From Bispira polyomma (Eukaryota), in the NCBI GenBank assembly GCA_965649765.1, contig OZ287750.1, forward strand, positions 67,580,001 to 67,644,000: DNA of 64,000 nt. The letters are read 5' to 3'. The notes beneath the pieces were generated by a model. It saw nothing but the letters and a program-made list of their open reading frames with translations, made no database searches and was not told where the DNA came from. The position numbers and the translations under genes are program-made. Position 1 is the stretch's first letter. Each line of letters starts with the position of its first letter. This document shows positions 50,062 through 62,204 of the stretch, one piece after another.

Positions 50062-53000
50062 TATTTATTGGTTGTAACCCTGTTTTTTATTGTCAATGGT
50101 GACTCACATATACTGTAGATTGTGACATTCTGTATGTGCTAAAACATGTCCTCCTGTAAGGTAAAGTGCTGACATTGCTTAGTACTGGATTTCACGAGCT
50201 GGTTTGGTGTAATCATTTACACAGAACATGTATGGCTGATTCACTTTTAATGGATCCAAACCTAAATGTGGATCTAGATGCTTATTAAACCAGCTCAGAC
50301 ATTCACACATGTTTATTTAATGTTTATCCATCTGACCCACGTGACACATATCTTGTTTTAATGTTTCACACCAGAATGTACAAATCATTCAGTCCTTTAC
50401 TATGACAGGATGATACAAAATGACTAAAACTTTCAGTCATTTCACATAATGCCTAAAACCAAAGTCATTTCGCGTAATGACTAGAATTTCTAGTCATTTC
50501 ACGTAATGACTGAAATTATGGTCCAGTCGTTCTGTGTAAAGACTTTAAACTACAAGATATAATTTGTTATGTAATTACAAGATATATCTAGTAATTACAA
50601 GATAGCTGTTTCTAGTAATTACTAGATATATCTTGAAATAAGCTGTATAAGCTTCTGTACATACCACTACATTGAGGCTAATTTTGTCAAACAACTCCAG
50701 GCTGTGTAGAATGGAATTTAGGCCTGTAAAACTCACTGTATTATACATTCTGAATTATAAATCAAGATAAGTGGCAATTTCTGTCTCAAGATAACTTCCA
50801 GGACCTACTCCCTCTTAAACCTGTTCTAGCCAGATCGGGTGAGACATCTGATTTGGATTAATAAGGTTGTCAGCGTCAACTTAATAACGTCAGCTCTACT
50901 AAGGATGGCAGAGCTATCTACAGTATGCTACAGCTATTTCTTACACCTTGGGGGACAATTGACAGGCTCCAGTTATGTTGAAAGTAAATTGCGGTGGCAT
51001 TCATGTTAAGGGGACATTATGACGGTATTATAAACCACTATAGGATGACTTTGTTAGTCTACCATCGTCTTGACCAAGTTATGCAGCCTTTTGGACTTGT
51101 CGTTGGCATTGTTGGCTGTACTATGATTGCTGTCTTAGAGAATTTGTAAGATGTAGTTAAGTCATTCTGTTCCTGTATTAACCATCCTAAATATATATAC
51201 TCTGGGCAAGTATTTAAATAATATTTCGCTTGAAGAGAAGAAACTGATAACAAAAACCAGTCAGTATATTATTAGTGATTCAAGTCTGATAAAGTATGAA
51301 CTCAACGCAAGCCTCAGTGGCTGTTTTAATATACACATAGACAACAATGAACTTGTAGTACATACCTTTCTTCAGTTGGATAATTAGTATAAATTACGTC
51401 ACATGTTTGGCTGAGTGATATAAAGATAAATTTAAAGCAGAGCTTTATACAAAGTATGATGCATAAGCTAAAAGAACAGAACTTAAAAGAAATAAGAAAA
51501 CAAAAGTTTTGTGATAACAGTCACAATGTAGAACAGGGAAAACCGCACAAAAATGCTCCCTTATTATGTCATTAAATTGTTACCTTTAGTAATACTGTAT
51601 GACAATATGCATAATGTTAAACCACTATATGTAACGCATAATTATTAACAATTCAATTGTATGATATGAAGTAAATTAAGACAATACGTGTAAATATTGT
51701 CTTCTACTGATTTTCGTCATTTTGTGTTGTGACAAGACTCCCATTTCAGCCATTGAGTGAAGTGACTGACAGTTTTAGTCATTACATAAGGACTGATTTC
51801 TCAGGTTGTCAGTTGTACAGTGGAGGAGCTTTAGTTCCAGAAATGCAGACACAGACCAGATTCAGATGTAATGGAGTAGTTTATGATTTCTATCTGAATC
51901 TCATACTGTACTCTTATAGATAACCTCACAAAGCCAGCATTTCATGGACGTGGCCCCTCTATTATTTAGGCCTTAATATAAATTACAGATAATTTTACTA
52001 ATCAGAACAAAATGCAACAAAACAAATATTGTTAAATAAATAGCCCATTAAATTTTAAACAAATATTTTCTTGTGAACATTAACTATAAATAAAAGTTTT
52101 CTTAAAAATAGACATAAAATTTTATATTGTTTTAAGGTAAAAAAAATGAGCGATGTATCTCCAGATAATAGTTTATCTAAAGATTTGAATATTTACTTGA
52201 TGTTTGAGTTGAACAGATGTTTTCTGTGAGCTGAAAGAGTCTAGGGGGCGGGGGGTGGGGGGGGGGGGTGCAAGCAACAACAACTGGAGTTCTTATGATT
52301 ATTGAGCTGCAGTTGAAAACTAATTGTTTTTCTTGGTTTACTATTTACTTGGCTGTAACTTTACTTCAGCAGTGATAAGCTTGTTTATTTTCACAATACA
52401 TAGTTTCTTTCAAGTGCTACTGTTGCCTAGCAAAACACAACTCTAATTCTTGTTACTTGCCAGACTTAGCTTGTCCACATGTGAATTACAAAGGCTGCAT
52501 TCTACATATTAACGGTTGTCTATATTCTTACATGTAATTGTTCCTTTGTAGACAAGTATCAAATAATCAGATATAAAGAAAATTTGATTAAGAGTTTCTC
52601 TGGTAATATTAATAAATCTTTAACTTTTTCAATTGTGAACTAGATATAAAGTAATGTTCAGAATGTTTGTATGATGTTGGTTTTATTGAGTGTATACATT
52701 TACAGGATCTCACATCTTCTTATCATTTCTCTGTTAGACAATTCAACATGTTGTATCATTCACTAACTCTGTACCAGGCAGTGAGGAGAATCTTAGTGGT
52801 CCTTAACCTTAATCTCCTCAACTCACTGTGAGAGAAGTGTCCTCTAGAATCAATTAGGACACAATGGACATCCTACACTGTATACCATTAGTCATTGACA
52901 GTATGTGACCTAGTGTCGGTCTGGTCACTAGTATACACTCTATTAGGACACAGCTTACACAGCAGTTGAGTTTTAGTTGTACAGAGAACCCCTACCAGTA

Positions 53001-55421
53001 ACTTACTAACATACACACAGCTCTACATTTGTATACAGTAAACCCCTTCTTACATAATACCAGACTGAATGCGTGTCTGCCTAAATGAGAGTGGACGTGA
53101 AGTGTTTGGAAATCTGTTATTTTCGTTTCACACCCCAACACTTTCTCTAATTTCATAGAAAACGTGTTCCATTTTTACCACTTTCCAATGTTCTCAGTGT
53201 TTATAAGCAAATGTAGCACGCGGTGCACAAAGTAAAAATAACCTTTGTGTTGTAAATAATATGAAACAAGAAATGTCTTTGAAAAACAAGTGCTTGATTT
53301 TTAAGAAATTGCGAATTTGAAGATGGATACCTAAATACCTCAAGAATAGAGTGTCGAAAAGGCCACACTGTTGACTTTCTCATGGTGAAAATATGAAACA
53401 GATCTGCAGAATAAAATCCGTTCCAGCGATGTTCAGCAAATTTGCTGAAACTGCAAGCAATAATTTTAAAAATAATTGCAAAAGACATTGTCCTTTATAA
53501 GCGCAGTTTTACCTTCTGACCGGTGCATTAAACTCCCTGAATCCAGTTTTCGATATGCTGACCACACATTCCAAGGTTGTACAGCAAAGACAGATGTAAA
53601 ACAGGAAAATTACCCACAAATGTGAACCTATTAACTCCTTTCTGTTTGCTACAAACCTTAGCAGATATATTCCTGCAAGTTTAATGGAATTTTATGTCCT
53701 ATGTTTTAGAAATATATATCCTCATGACCCCAATTTGACCTTTAAACGAAGGCCATAGTTCAAATCAAAGAAAGTCAGAAACAGTGCCAAGCTAAAAAAG
53801 GGCCGTAATTCCAGAATCGTGCCGAAAAATATTGGAATTTAGTAGATGTGTAATAAAATCTTTATCTTGAACAATTTCAATCAATTATGTATTTTCACTC
53901 ATTCTAAGTGTATTTCTATCCCGGGTCATTGGGGAATGAATAGTCGAAACTTAAAAACAATGTCTAATGCCTGTTTGAAACCACGTGTAATGTTTGTTTA
54001 AATGAAGTGGTGAGTCTCCCTATTTGCAGGTGTGCTAAGAGAGGGTTCTAATCTGAACCACCACATCAAGTAGCATTGGCCAGCCTCTAAATATACATGT
54101 GTGTACAGAGAGAGCTCTAACCTGAACCACCACATCAAGTAGCCTTGAGCAGATTCTTAATATACAGTATCTACTGACTTGTGTGGATAGCTCTCTACTT
54201 ATCTACAAACATCACCACTTGTAAACTAGGGTAGCTGCACTATTCTTAACAGTTTGCACTTTGCACCAGTGTGCTATGATGTCATATTACAGTGTCTCAA
54301 CAATCCAATAGGCCCCAGTTACAAAGTCATACTGTTTATGTATAAATAGTGCCATATGTAATACATTTACTTTTTGACATTATTGAATAAATATTGATTA
54401 CATTTGATTCTAAAGAAGATTAGAAGACTACATACACTAATAAGTGTGTACTAAACTTGTGGCCTAAATTTTGGTTTTTATTTATTGTCACAAGCTTTAT
54501 TTTGATTTAGAACAAATTCAAATATGTACCCATGTACTACAATGTAATGAAACCGTCTTATAGGCAACGTGATATTTCGTCTGTGAGTATACCTGAATTA
54601 TAAGAGCACATTATGACATTCAGGCGTGTATTCTCATAACTAAAGTTCATTGTTATATAGCATTGTTATATAACTAGAGCCGTTGACAAGGCTACTACAC
54701 TTCACCAAACAACAAAGCTATTTCTGTTTTTTGTTTTTTTTTGTTAATCCTCTTTTATTCTAGATGTTAGTTCACCTGATGTGTCTATCAAAGACCAGGT
54801 TTTTACCTACATGTTAAGAAACCCCACTGCCCTTTAAACTATGACATGCAATCATCTTTGTGAGTCATTACCAGCTCACTAGTTTGTTCAGAGACCCTAT
54901 CATCACAGTCTAAAGCCCTTGTATAAACAAAGACCAAGCTTATTCTGGCAAAAGTGACACTGAATGATTTCAATGCGTTGTCACTCTATCACTGGTGAAA
55001 AAAGGAAGTTTTCAAAATTATTCAGAGAAATAAAAAAAAATGTCTTTGTATTTATATTTATATACATGCAGAGAATTATAATACAAAAATGTCCTACAAT
55101 ACAGGTATGGTTTTTTTAGGGATTTAATAATACTTGAAAAGAACGTCTGATTAACGTCTTACTTTTATTAAACATACACTTCTTCAGAGATACAATAAAA
55201 AATGTGAATTCTTATTCACTGCACATTTATCAATTATACTAAGGAAGTCCAAACTTGCCCCAAAACCAAAACTAGTCCCACTTTAGGTACGGCTATAAAA
55301 ACAACATCTGAGTCTCACATTCTACCATGTTCCAGCTTTTCTGAACCTTACATGTGTGGTTTCTAGGTCGTCAGACTTACAACAGGGTGGGGTGCATCTT
55401 AAGGCATCACACACCCTTCCA

Positions 55422-55611
55422 GGGGAACGCGGTGGCCTAGTGGTTAGCAAGCATTGCGCTTCACAATCACTGGTCTCCTACCTCTGAGATCGGCTGGCTT
55501 GGGTTCGACTCCTGTTGACACCTATGTGGGAAAGGTGGTAGTTCCTTCCTGTGTGCAGCTGGTTTTCAGTGCAGAACCTTGGTCAAGTGTATGCAGTGTT
55601 TCTTCCAGCTT
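55422..55611 (+). mobile_element. tRNA-derived SINE, same family as 24570 (3' end missing)
   Basis: gtggcctagtggttagcaagcattgcgcttcacaatcactggtct identical to the 24570 copy; B box ggttcgactcc. Confidence 0.85.
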
Positions 55612-56094
55612 CATGTTTCAGGCTAACACATCATTTTGTTATTGGGGTGGAAAAGTCTAAAGTTGAAATGCTCCTTGGAAAATGTATTATCTGCAGTGAC
55701 AATTCCACTAGATCCTAGAAACAGTTCATCCTGGGATAGCCTGGAGTGAATCTTGTATGATTTTATCTTGTCAACCACTTTGAGAATCAACGCTGTAATT
55801 ATGGACAGCTCTCATTTTCACGCTGGCGTTGCGATTTTAGTTGCAACCTGTTGCGATAAAAATGTTCGTTCATCGCCAACCATATGCACTTTTTAGTCGC
55901 GGTCAGCCTTCCAAATATGGTCATGCCACATATGAGGGAGAGTGTAACACGATCATCACACGATGGTTGGGAAGCTACACGACCCTTAAATTTATGAGTG
56001 CATATGTAAGGATCTGTTTCGGCAACCATGTAAGAGTGCGTATTTGACAATCGTGACATGATCTTAATTGTGTATTGTTTATTATGCCGAGGTC

Positions 56095-57030
56095 TGGAAA
56101 TGCCCGCAGACACTGGACGAATGGAAGGCCATTGTAACACAGTTTGCCTCTTGATAGAATTTCCACATGCCCTAGGCTCAATTGACGGGAAATAGGTAGC
56201 CATATAGACTTGCTTACAAGTCTTTGCTGTTGGTGAAACACTGTATGCCTGTATGACTGCATTTTACAGAGTTCTCATTCTGTTCAAAAGGTGACAGCAC
56301 CAGTATTTTTATAACTGCCAGCTTCTTTATTTTATCCCAAAAGTAATTCTTAAAGAGATATAGACAATAAGTCATAATGCCATCATGGAGGGACCTTGTT
56401 CAAGGTCTAGTAGCCATAAAATGCCCTAAGAATAGTAGTGCCCTATACTATAACTATAAGCTCCTCTGATGCCCAGATCTTCAATGCCTGCCAGCTGAAA
56501 GCTACCATTGACGATGAGAGTATCAACTTTCCAGCAGATGCAGCTCTACCTGGTGATGTCCAGCCTATGCCCTATTTTTAATAGAAAATGATGCATTTGC
56601 ACTCAGAAAGTGGTGCATGAAACCACACTCATGTTAAAATCTCTCACACGAGTGACTCATCCTTAACTACAGATTATCAAAGGCCCATAGGACCGTGGAG
56701 AACGTCTTTTGGATATTGGCCCATAGATTTGGCTGTCTACAGACAGAAGCAAGAGCCAGAAACACTAACCACCATAGTCTTGGCCTGCTGTACCCTGCAC
56801 AACCTCGTAAGGACAAGCTACCCAGGAATCCATGGAGGAGGGTAACTAGACGTGGAAGATGATGGAAACCAACAGGTGGTTAAGGGGGCTTGGAGGCAAG
56901 GGATGGTATTGCTTGACATGGGCCAAAACCGAGTCCGAGCTTCAGAGGCAGCCAAATTGCAGATGGACTACCTCACTGTCTATGTCAACTCAGCCGTGGG
57001 TTCGGGTTCTTGGCAGAACCACATTATCTG
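56095..57030 (+). pseudogene. Decayed PIF/Harbinger (HARBI1-like DDE) transposase, element 1
   Basis: Hand translation across stops and frameshifts: CPQTLDEWKAIVTQF..FPHALGSIDGK; SSDAQIFNACQLK...MPYF..NDAFALRKWCMKP; NYRLSKAHRTVENVFWILAHRF; IVLACCTLHNL. Confidence 0.88.
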
Positions 57031-57645
57031 ATGCTGCCAGCTCATTGGCCCTTTTAATAAGGGCCATCTGAAATAATCACCCAAATCATCCCAGAACATG
57101 TGTTTAAAGCTTTGTGTTGTTATGTCCGGTTTAAAGTGCTTTTAGTCCCTTTGTGTCCTCTGATAATGTCCTACTTTATGAAGTTGTCAGGCCAATAGTT
57201 TGTTTGTTTGTCTTTTAAACCAAATACTTTTTGTTGTGATAATTTGGCCTTTTTAATTATAAGGTGGTAATTCAAAATCTTAAAGTTTCATAAGTTCAGC
57301 AATTATTACCTTTTGATACCCCACTCTTCCAACAATTTTCCAATATTATTTAATTTTTTTTTCAGGTTGTAGTGAAAAGTGAGATTCCAAGAGGTGATTA
57401 GATATTGCCAGGGAGAACCAAGAACTAATCCAAGATTATAACTGAAGGGCTTGAATTTAATTCGGAAAGCCAAGCTTTGAGCCTTAATAAGTTCATGAGG
57501 TCAAAGTGGTAAATTTATTTCTAGGTAATTTGAAGGTGGACAACACAATTTAACTGGAAAACATTTCTTTATTCTCTAAAATTTACATCTTTTTGGCATA
57601 ACATAAAACAAAACAGTTTAATTAATATGACTGTTCACTGTCCCT

Positions 57646-58570
57646 CTAGACCTGTTTCCTAATGTCTGGTACTATGGGGGCATCTTGGTATTGTAGCTGC
57701 GCGGGCTGCAGCTGCGACATTGGGAAAGGAGTATGTGATATCAGCATAGGGAAAGGAGTATGTGATATCAGCACAGGGAAAGGAGTATGTGATATCAGCA
57801 TAGGGAAAGGAGTATGTGATATCAGCACAGGGAAATGAGTATGTGATATCAGCATAGGGAAAGGAGTGTGTGATATCAGCATAGAGAAAGGAGTATGTGA
57901 TATCAGCATAGGGAAAGGAGTATGTTATATCAGTACAGGGAAATGAGTATGTGATATCAACATAGGGAAAGGAGTATGTGATATCAGCATAGGGAAAGGA
58001 GTATGTAATATCAGCTGCTGCTACTGTAGCATCATCTGCTGGTGATGTGGAGGCGGCTGCTGGTGGAAGACAGTTACTTTTTGTTGGTGTGGCTGGGGGA
58101 CTGCAAAGGGGGGCAGTGGCTCAAAGCTGGGCGTTTAGAGCTGCCTGATGCTCTGCCTCATAACGGCTGTTGCTCTTCTTGACATAGCCATAGTACACAA
58201 TTACCACGTCTCTTTCAAAGGGTATCCAGAGGTCAGGGTAAATGTTTTGTTGACCGCTTCGCGTGAGCCACTTCCCCCAGTGTGGGATGGCGTCCTTCAC
58301 CTTCTTGTCCTCTTCTCCTGTTGCTGGTGCTGCAGCTGGGACCCCATGAAGTGCTTTATGGTTGATTTGTTGCGCTTGGCATTGCTGATCCCCTCATTAA
58401 TGGTCTGCAGCAGCTCATCCTTCCTAATGGAGCGGTCTGCCGGTCAGGCCACCACAGTCCATCATCGAGCTTGTCCAACAAGCGTCACAAATTATCTCTG
58501 GAGGTTCCTTGACAGCAAGCAACAGTGGCATCAAATTTTCCAACCCATCCTCAGTGTAGTCCGACATCAT
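57646..58570 (-). pseudogene. Probable remnant of the second (Myb/SANT-MADF-type) gene of Harbinger element 1
   Basis: GC-rich coding-like segment convergent on the transposase, with Gln/Pro-rich C-terminal region; same layout as element 2. The domain itself is barely recognisable. Confidence 0.45.
57722..58014. repeat. 27-nt minisatellite, ~11 copies
   Basis: Unit gggaaaggagtatgtgatatcagcata (minus strand reads MLISHTPFP). Confidence 0.95.
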
Positions 58571-60131
58571 GAACATGTTATCAGTGTCATATTTTATAGA
58601 GGGTTCGAGATGTGCAGGGACATTAGCTACCAGAACATGGGCACTCCTAATCCTGTGATGCCTCATGACTCTCACGACACTTAGCCCACTCAGCACACAT
58701 ACACAACCACTACAACCACTTAGTCACCAGCCACCACGAACACCTCGACCTCAGACATATAGACGACAGCCTCTACTCTCCTCTATCAGTCCCAGTGTGG
58801 ACCACCATAAAAGACCCTTTTCAGGGCCACCCGAATCATCCAAAAACAATGTCTAAGTAGGAGGAGACAAGAAGCAAACTCTCCCCCATATAAATTATCG
58901 CACATACACACAAATGGAAAAATAGTACCCCCACCCTCCCTCGCCCCCACACAATTAAAAAAAAAAATTTGAAATGTCGAAATCTTCCAAACAGTTATTA
59001 CATGCACTTGAACCCCCTTCAAAGTTGAACCCCAGAGGAGCGGAGAAAATAACCTCTAATTAATCAAGCTTACTACTCAAGCACATTAAAAATTTAAAAA
59101 CTGTAGTGGGTCTAAAAAGACTGGTCTTCACATAAAGGGGAGTTGACTTAACAGAGTTTAACTTGAGGGGTTTTCACAAGAAAGAGGGGTTGATTTAATA
59201 ATAGGGGAGAGACAATTACTGGAAAATTTTTGGTGAACTTGGTTGAGGTCCACGTGTGGAGTGTTCCCGTGCTTGCAAAGCATCTTGGAGATTTGAAGCA
59301 CACAGCAGCCATACTGTTTGGACAACTTGTTTTCTTCTGTGTCCTGGGAGCACTGATGTTGATATTTAGATCTTTAATTTATGGGAATATGAAGGAACAC
59401 TCCCTCCTTGTTGTACTGAAGCTCTTGTAGACTCTGGTGTTTCCATTTTTAAGTGTTTACTATAAGATGCCGGTCTCTGACTTTGACCGGGCTCCACTGC
59501 TTCTGGGGTTTAGGTACTAAAACAGGCGTCTGTTGTACCCAAAGTATCTCCTTGCTGCTAAAAGGTTTTATGGTTGTAACTTTGAGGTGAGTAGTGCCTC
59601 CCGCCCTGGTTACCCTGGCATGGGTAGGGTGTGATACCTGTACAATCCCTACAGAGGAGTAGGGTGACTGAGTATGGTGACTGACATGGGTGAGCCACTC
59701 TGCTGGGACCTGTATAGCGTTTAAATAAAAAAGGTCTGTACTAAAGAATTACCTGGTACAAAGTGATGTAGGTTGGTGAGTATGCATCCGGTCTAAGCAG
59801 AATGCAGTTAGCAATCATGGTCAACATGTCAATTGTTAAATATGGGCAAGTAGCTTGGCAAAGGGTTACAAAGATACGATGTGCGACAGCAATGCTGTCA
59901 TCTTAATGGTGCTGTTCCACTATCACAAACGGTCGGGGAGAAGCCCTGATTATGCAATAATAAGCAATCCTTGGCATTTTGAAAAAAGAGCAGGAATAAA
60001 TGCGTCACCATGACTTGTAAGATAAGTAGTACTACAGCCCCAATAAGTTGTTTACATTATGATCGATTGGCCTGATTCATCTTTATGATCACATTTTTAA
60101 GGAGGCAAAAAGAAGCACTAAATATACAGCC

Positions 60132-60780
60132 TTGGCATTAGCTCAGGTGGCCAGAAGACGAAGAGGAAGGCCAAAGTTCTGGATAAAGCCATGGCTCAGG
60201 GAAATAGCAGAAATTGGACACTACACCGCACTCATGCCATGCCTGGAGCTGCAAGATCTACAGTCGTATCGCAACTTCCCCAGGATGCCCCCTGACATAT
60301 TCCAGCAGATGGATAGGAGGGTGGGGCACAAGATACAGAGACACACCACCTGGTACAGGAAGGCACTGGCCCCTGGACTCAAGATAGCCTTCACTTTGAG
60401 GCGTTTAGCTACTGGGAAGTCCTAGAAATCACTGCGGTACTCATTTGTAGTAGGCAAGTCAACCATAACCAAGTTTGTGCTACAAGTTTGCCAGGCCATC
60501 ATCGACGAGTACCATGAAGAATTCCTTAAATGCCCCACCAACCTCGACTACTGGAATAAGGTTGAGTCTGTGTTCCAGAATGCGTGGAACGTTCCTAATG
60601 CCCTGTGGGCCATAGACGGCAAACACATTGCTATGAAATGCCCGAGGAAAGGTGGGAGCGAGTACTTCAACTACAAGGGGTACCACTCAATTGTCATGCT
60701 TGTCCATGCTTGTAGAAGGGCATTACCGTTTCCCGTGGGTTGACATAAGTTCAAACGACTCATGCTCGGATCCGCAAACA
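60132..60780 (+). pseudogene. Harbinger transposase N-terminal half (stop at 60423-60425, frameshift, 3' deletion)
   Basis: FWIKPWL...YRNFPRM...KIAFTLRRLATGKS*...VCQAI...WNVPNALWAIDGKHIAMKCP...YFNYKGYHSIV...WVDISSNDSCSD. Confidence 0.92.
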
Positions 60781-61199
60781 ATGTTTTGGGATGTTTTTGG
60801 GGACCTGAAAATGGCCTTTTGTTGTCCCCAATGGGACTGATGAAGAAGGAGGAGCAGGAGGAAGAGAGGCTGGTGTCTACACGTCAGTGGTTGTAGTGCA
60901 GGTGCTGGATCGTGGCTCAGTACTAGGGACGACTTTGGTTAGAGTGTTCAGGGTGGAATCTGTTTGCTGTGTATCCGGATTGAGAGGTGAGGACTGTTCA
61001 GGAGTGTCTATATTCTGGTAGCTGAGATTGGCAGTCACTCCCTTGAAACCCCTGAGGAGAGATGAGGCAGTCGAGGCATTCATGTCTGATACTCATTCCA
61101 CTGATGCAGGGTTTGTGCACTGGTGGCTGGTGCTGGCTATGGTGCTTCCAGATGTTATAATAGATGGTACGGTGTGTGGCACCTGGACTGTTGACTGCA

Positions 61200-62204
61200 G
61201 CCTGATAGGTGAGGGCTGAATAGGTCGTTGCTGGTTGTTGGTCGTTGCTGGTTGGGATTGCTGGTTGTGCTGTTAAGGTACAAAGGTGGGTGGAGGCATC
61301 TGGTATTGCATCTGGGGTTGTGCCTGGTACTGCTGATGCTGCTTGAACTGTTATTATTATTATTATTATAATATTACTGCTTGTGGTGTTATCCCCTGGT
61401 CCTGGATAGTGACAAGGTTGAATGTCTCCCTGAAGTGGTTGAAATGTTCATCTGGCAATTTCTGGGTCTCTAATGTCAACCATTTGAGAAATGCCCCCTG
61501 GTTCCCTCAGTCTTGGGCTTGATGGCCTCCTTGAAGAAGACTGAGATAGTCCCAAGGAATCCTATCAGCAATGAAGACTCCAGCTCTGTTTCAGCACCCA
61601 GGTCTGTGCCCGAGAGTTGGTGATTCTACTGGAGCCACATGCAAAGGTGCGGATGCGACGGGTCTAAAGCCAGCTGTTCTCGAAACATGTCGTATGATAT
61701 GAGGTTTCAAAAAGTCAAAGGTGCTGCCTCTCTGTTAACTCAAGAGGTGCCTGGCCGGACTTCCGGATGCTTAGCTTGCCATAGATAGTCCTCTGTGATT
61801 AAAACCACTTCTTCCATGTCCAATCCCTTGCCCAAGCAGAACTCCAGCCACAACATGTCTTTAGCCTGGGTGTCTTTGTATTTTGGATCTCTCTTGTTGT
61901 ATAGCCATTCATGGTCCACCAGAAAGTCCACCAGTGCCTCCTCCTCTTCTGCATCACTCAACATGACTGTAGGCTTGGTCTGTTTACTCAGTATGGAAGC
62001 CACCTCTCCATCCCCAGCTGTGTCAGCCTCATCCACCTGGGCTGCCTCCTGCTCAATCACCAGGGTCTGTGAATGTTGAGAAAGCTGTGTCTCAGGGATG
62101 ACAAGGGGCTTTGCCACTTTAAATTGTCGGTTTATTTCATCCTGTGCCTCCACATGCTCCTCTACCCTTCTCTTCCTGGTCTTCCTCTTTGGTTTTGGTC
62201 CCAT
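61200..62204 (-). pseudogene. Harbinger second protein (Myb/SANT-like MADF domain), frameshifted
   Basis: MGPKPKRKTRKRR (NLS-like)...LSDAEEEEALVDFLVDHEWLYNKRDPKYKDTQAKDMLWLEF, a MADF-type pattern; Gln-rich tail near 61200-61350. Confidence 0.8.

Noticed and set aside
58148-58684. 178-aa + strand ORF
   Set aside because: Probably the antisense shadow of a GC-rich transposon gene remnant; no recognisable motif.
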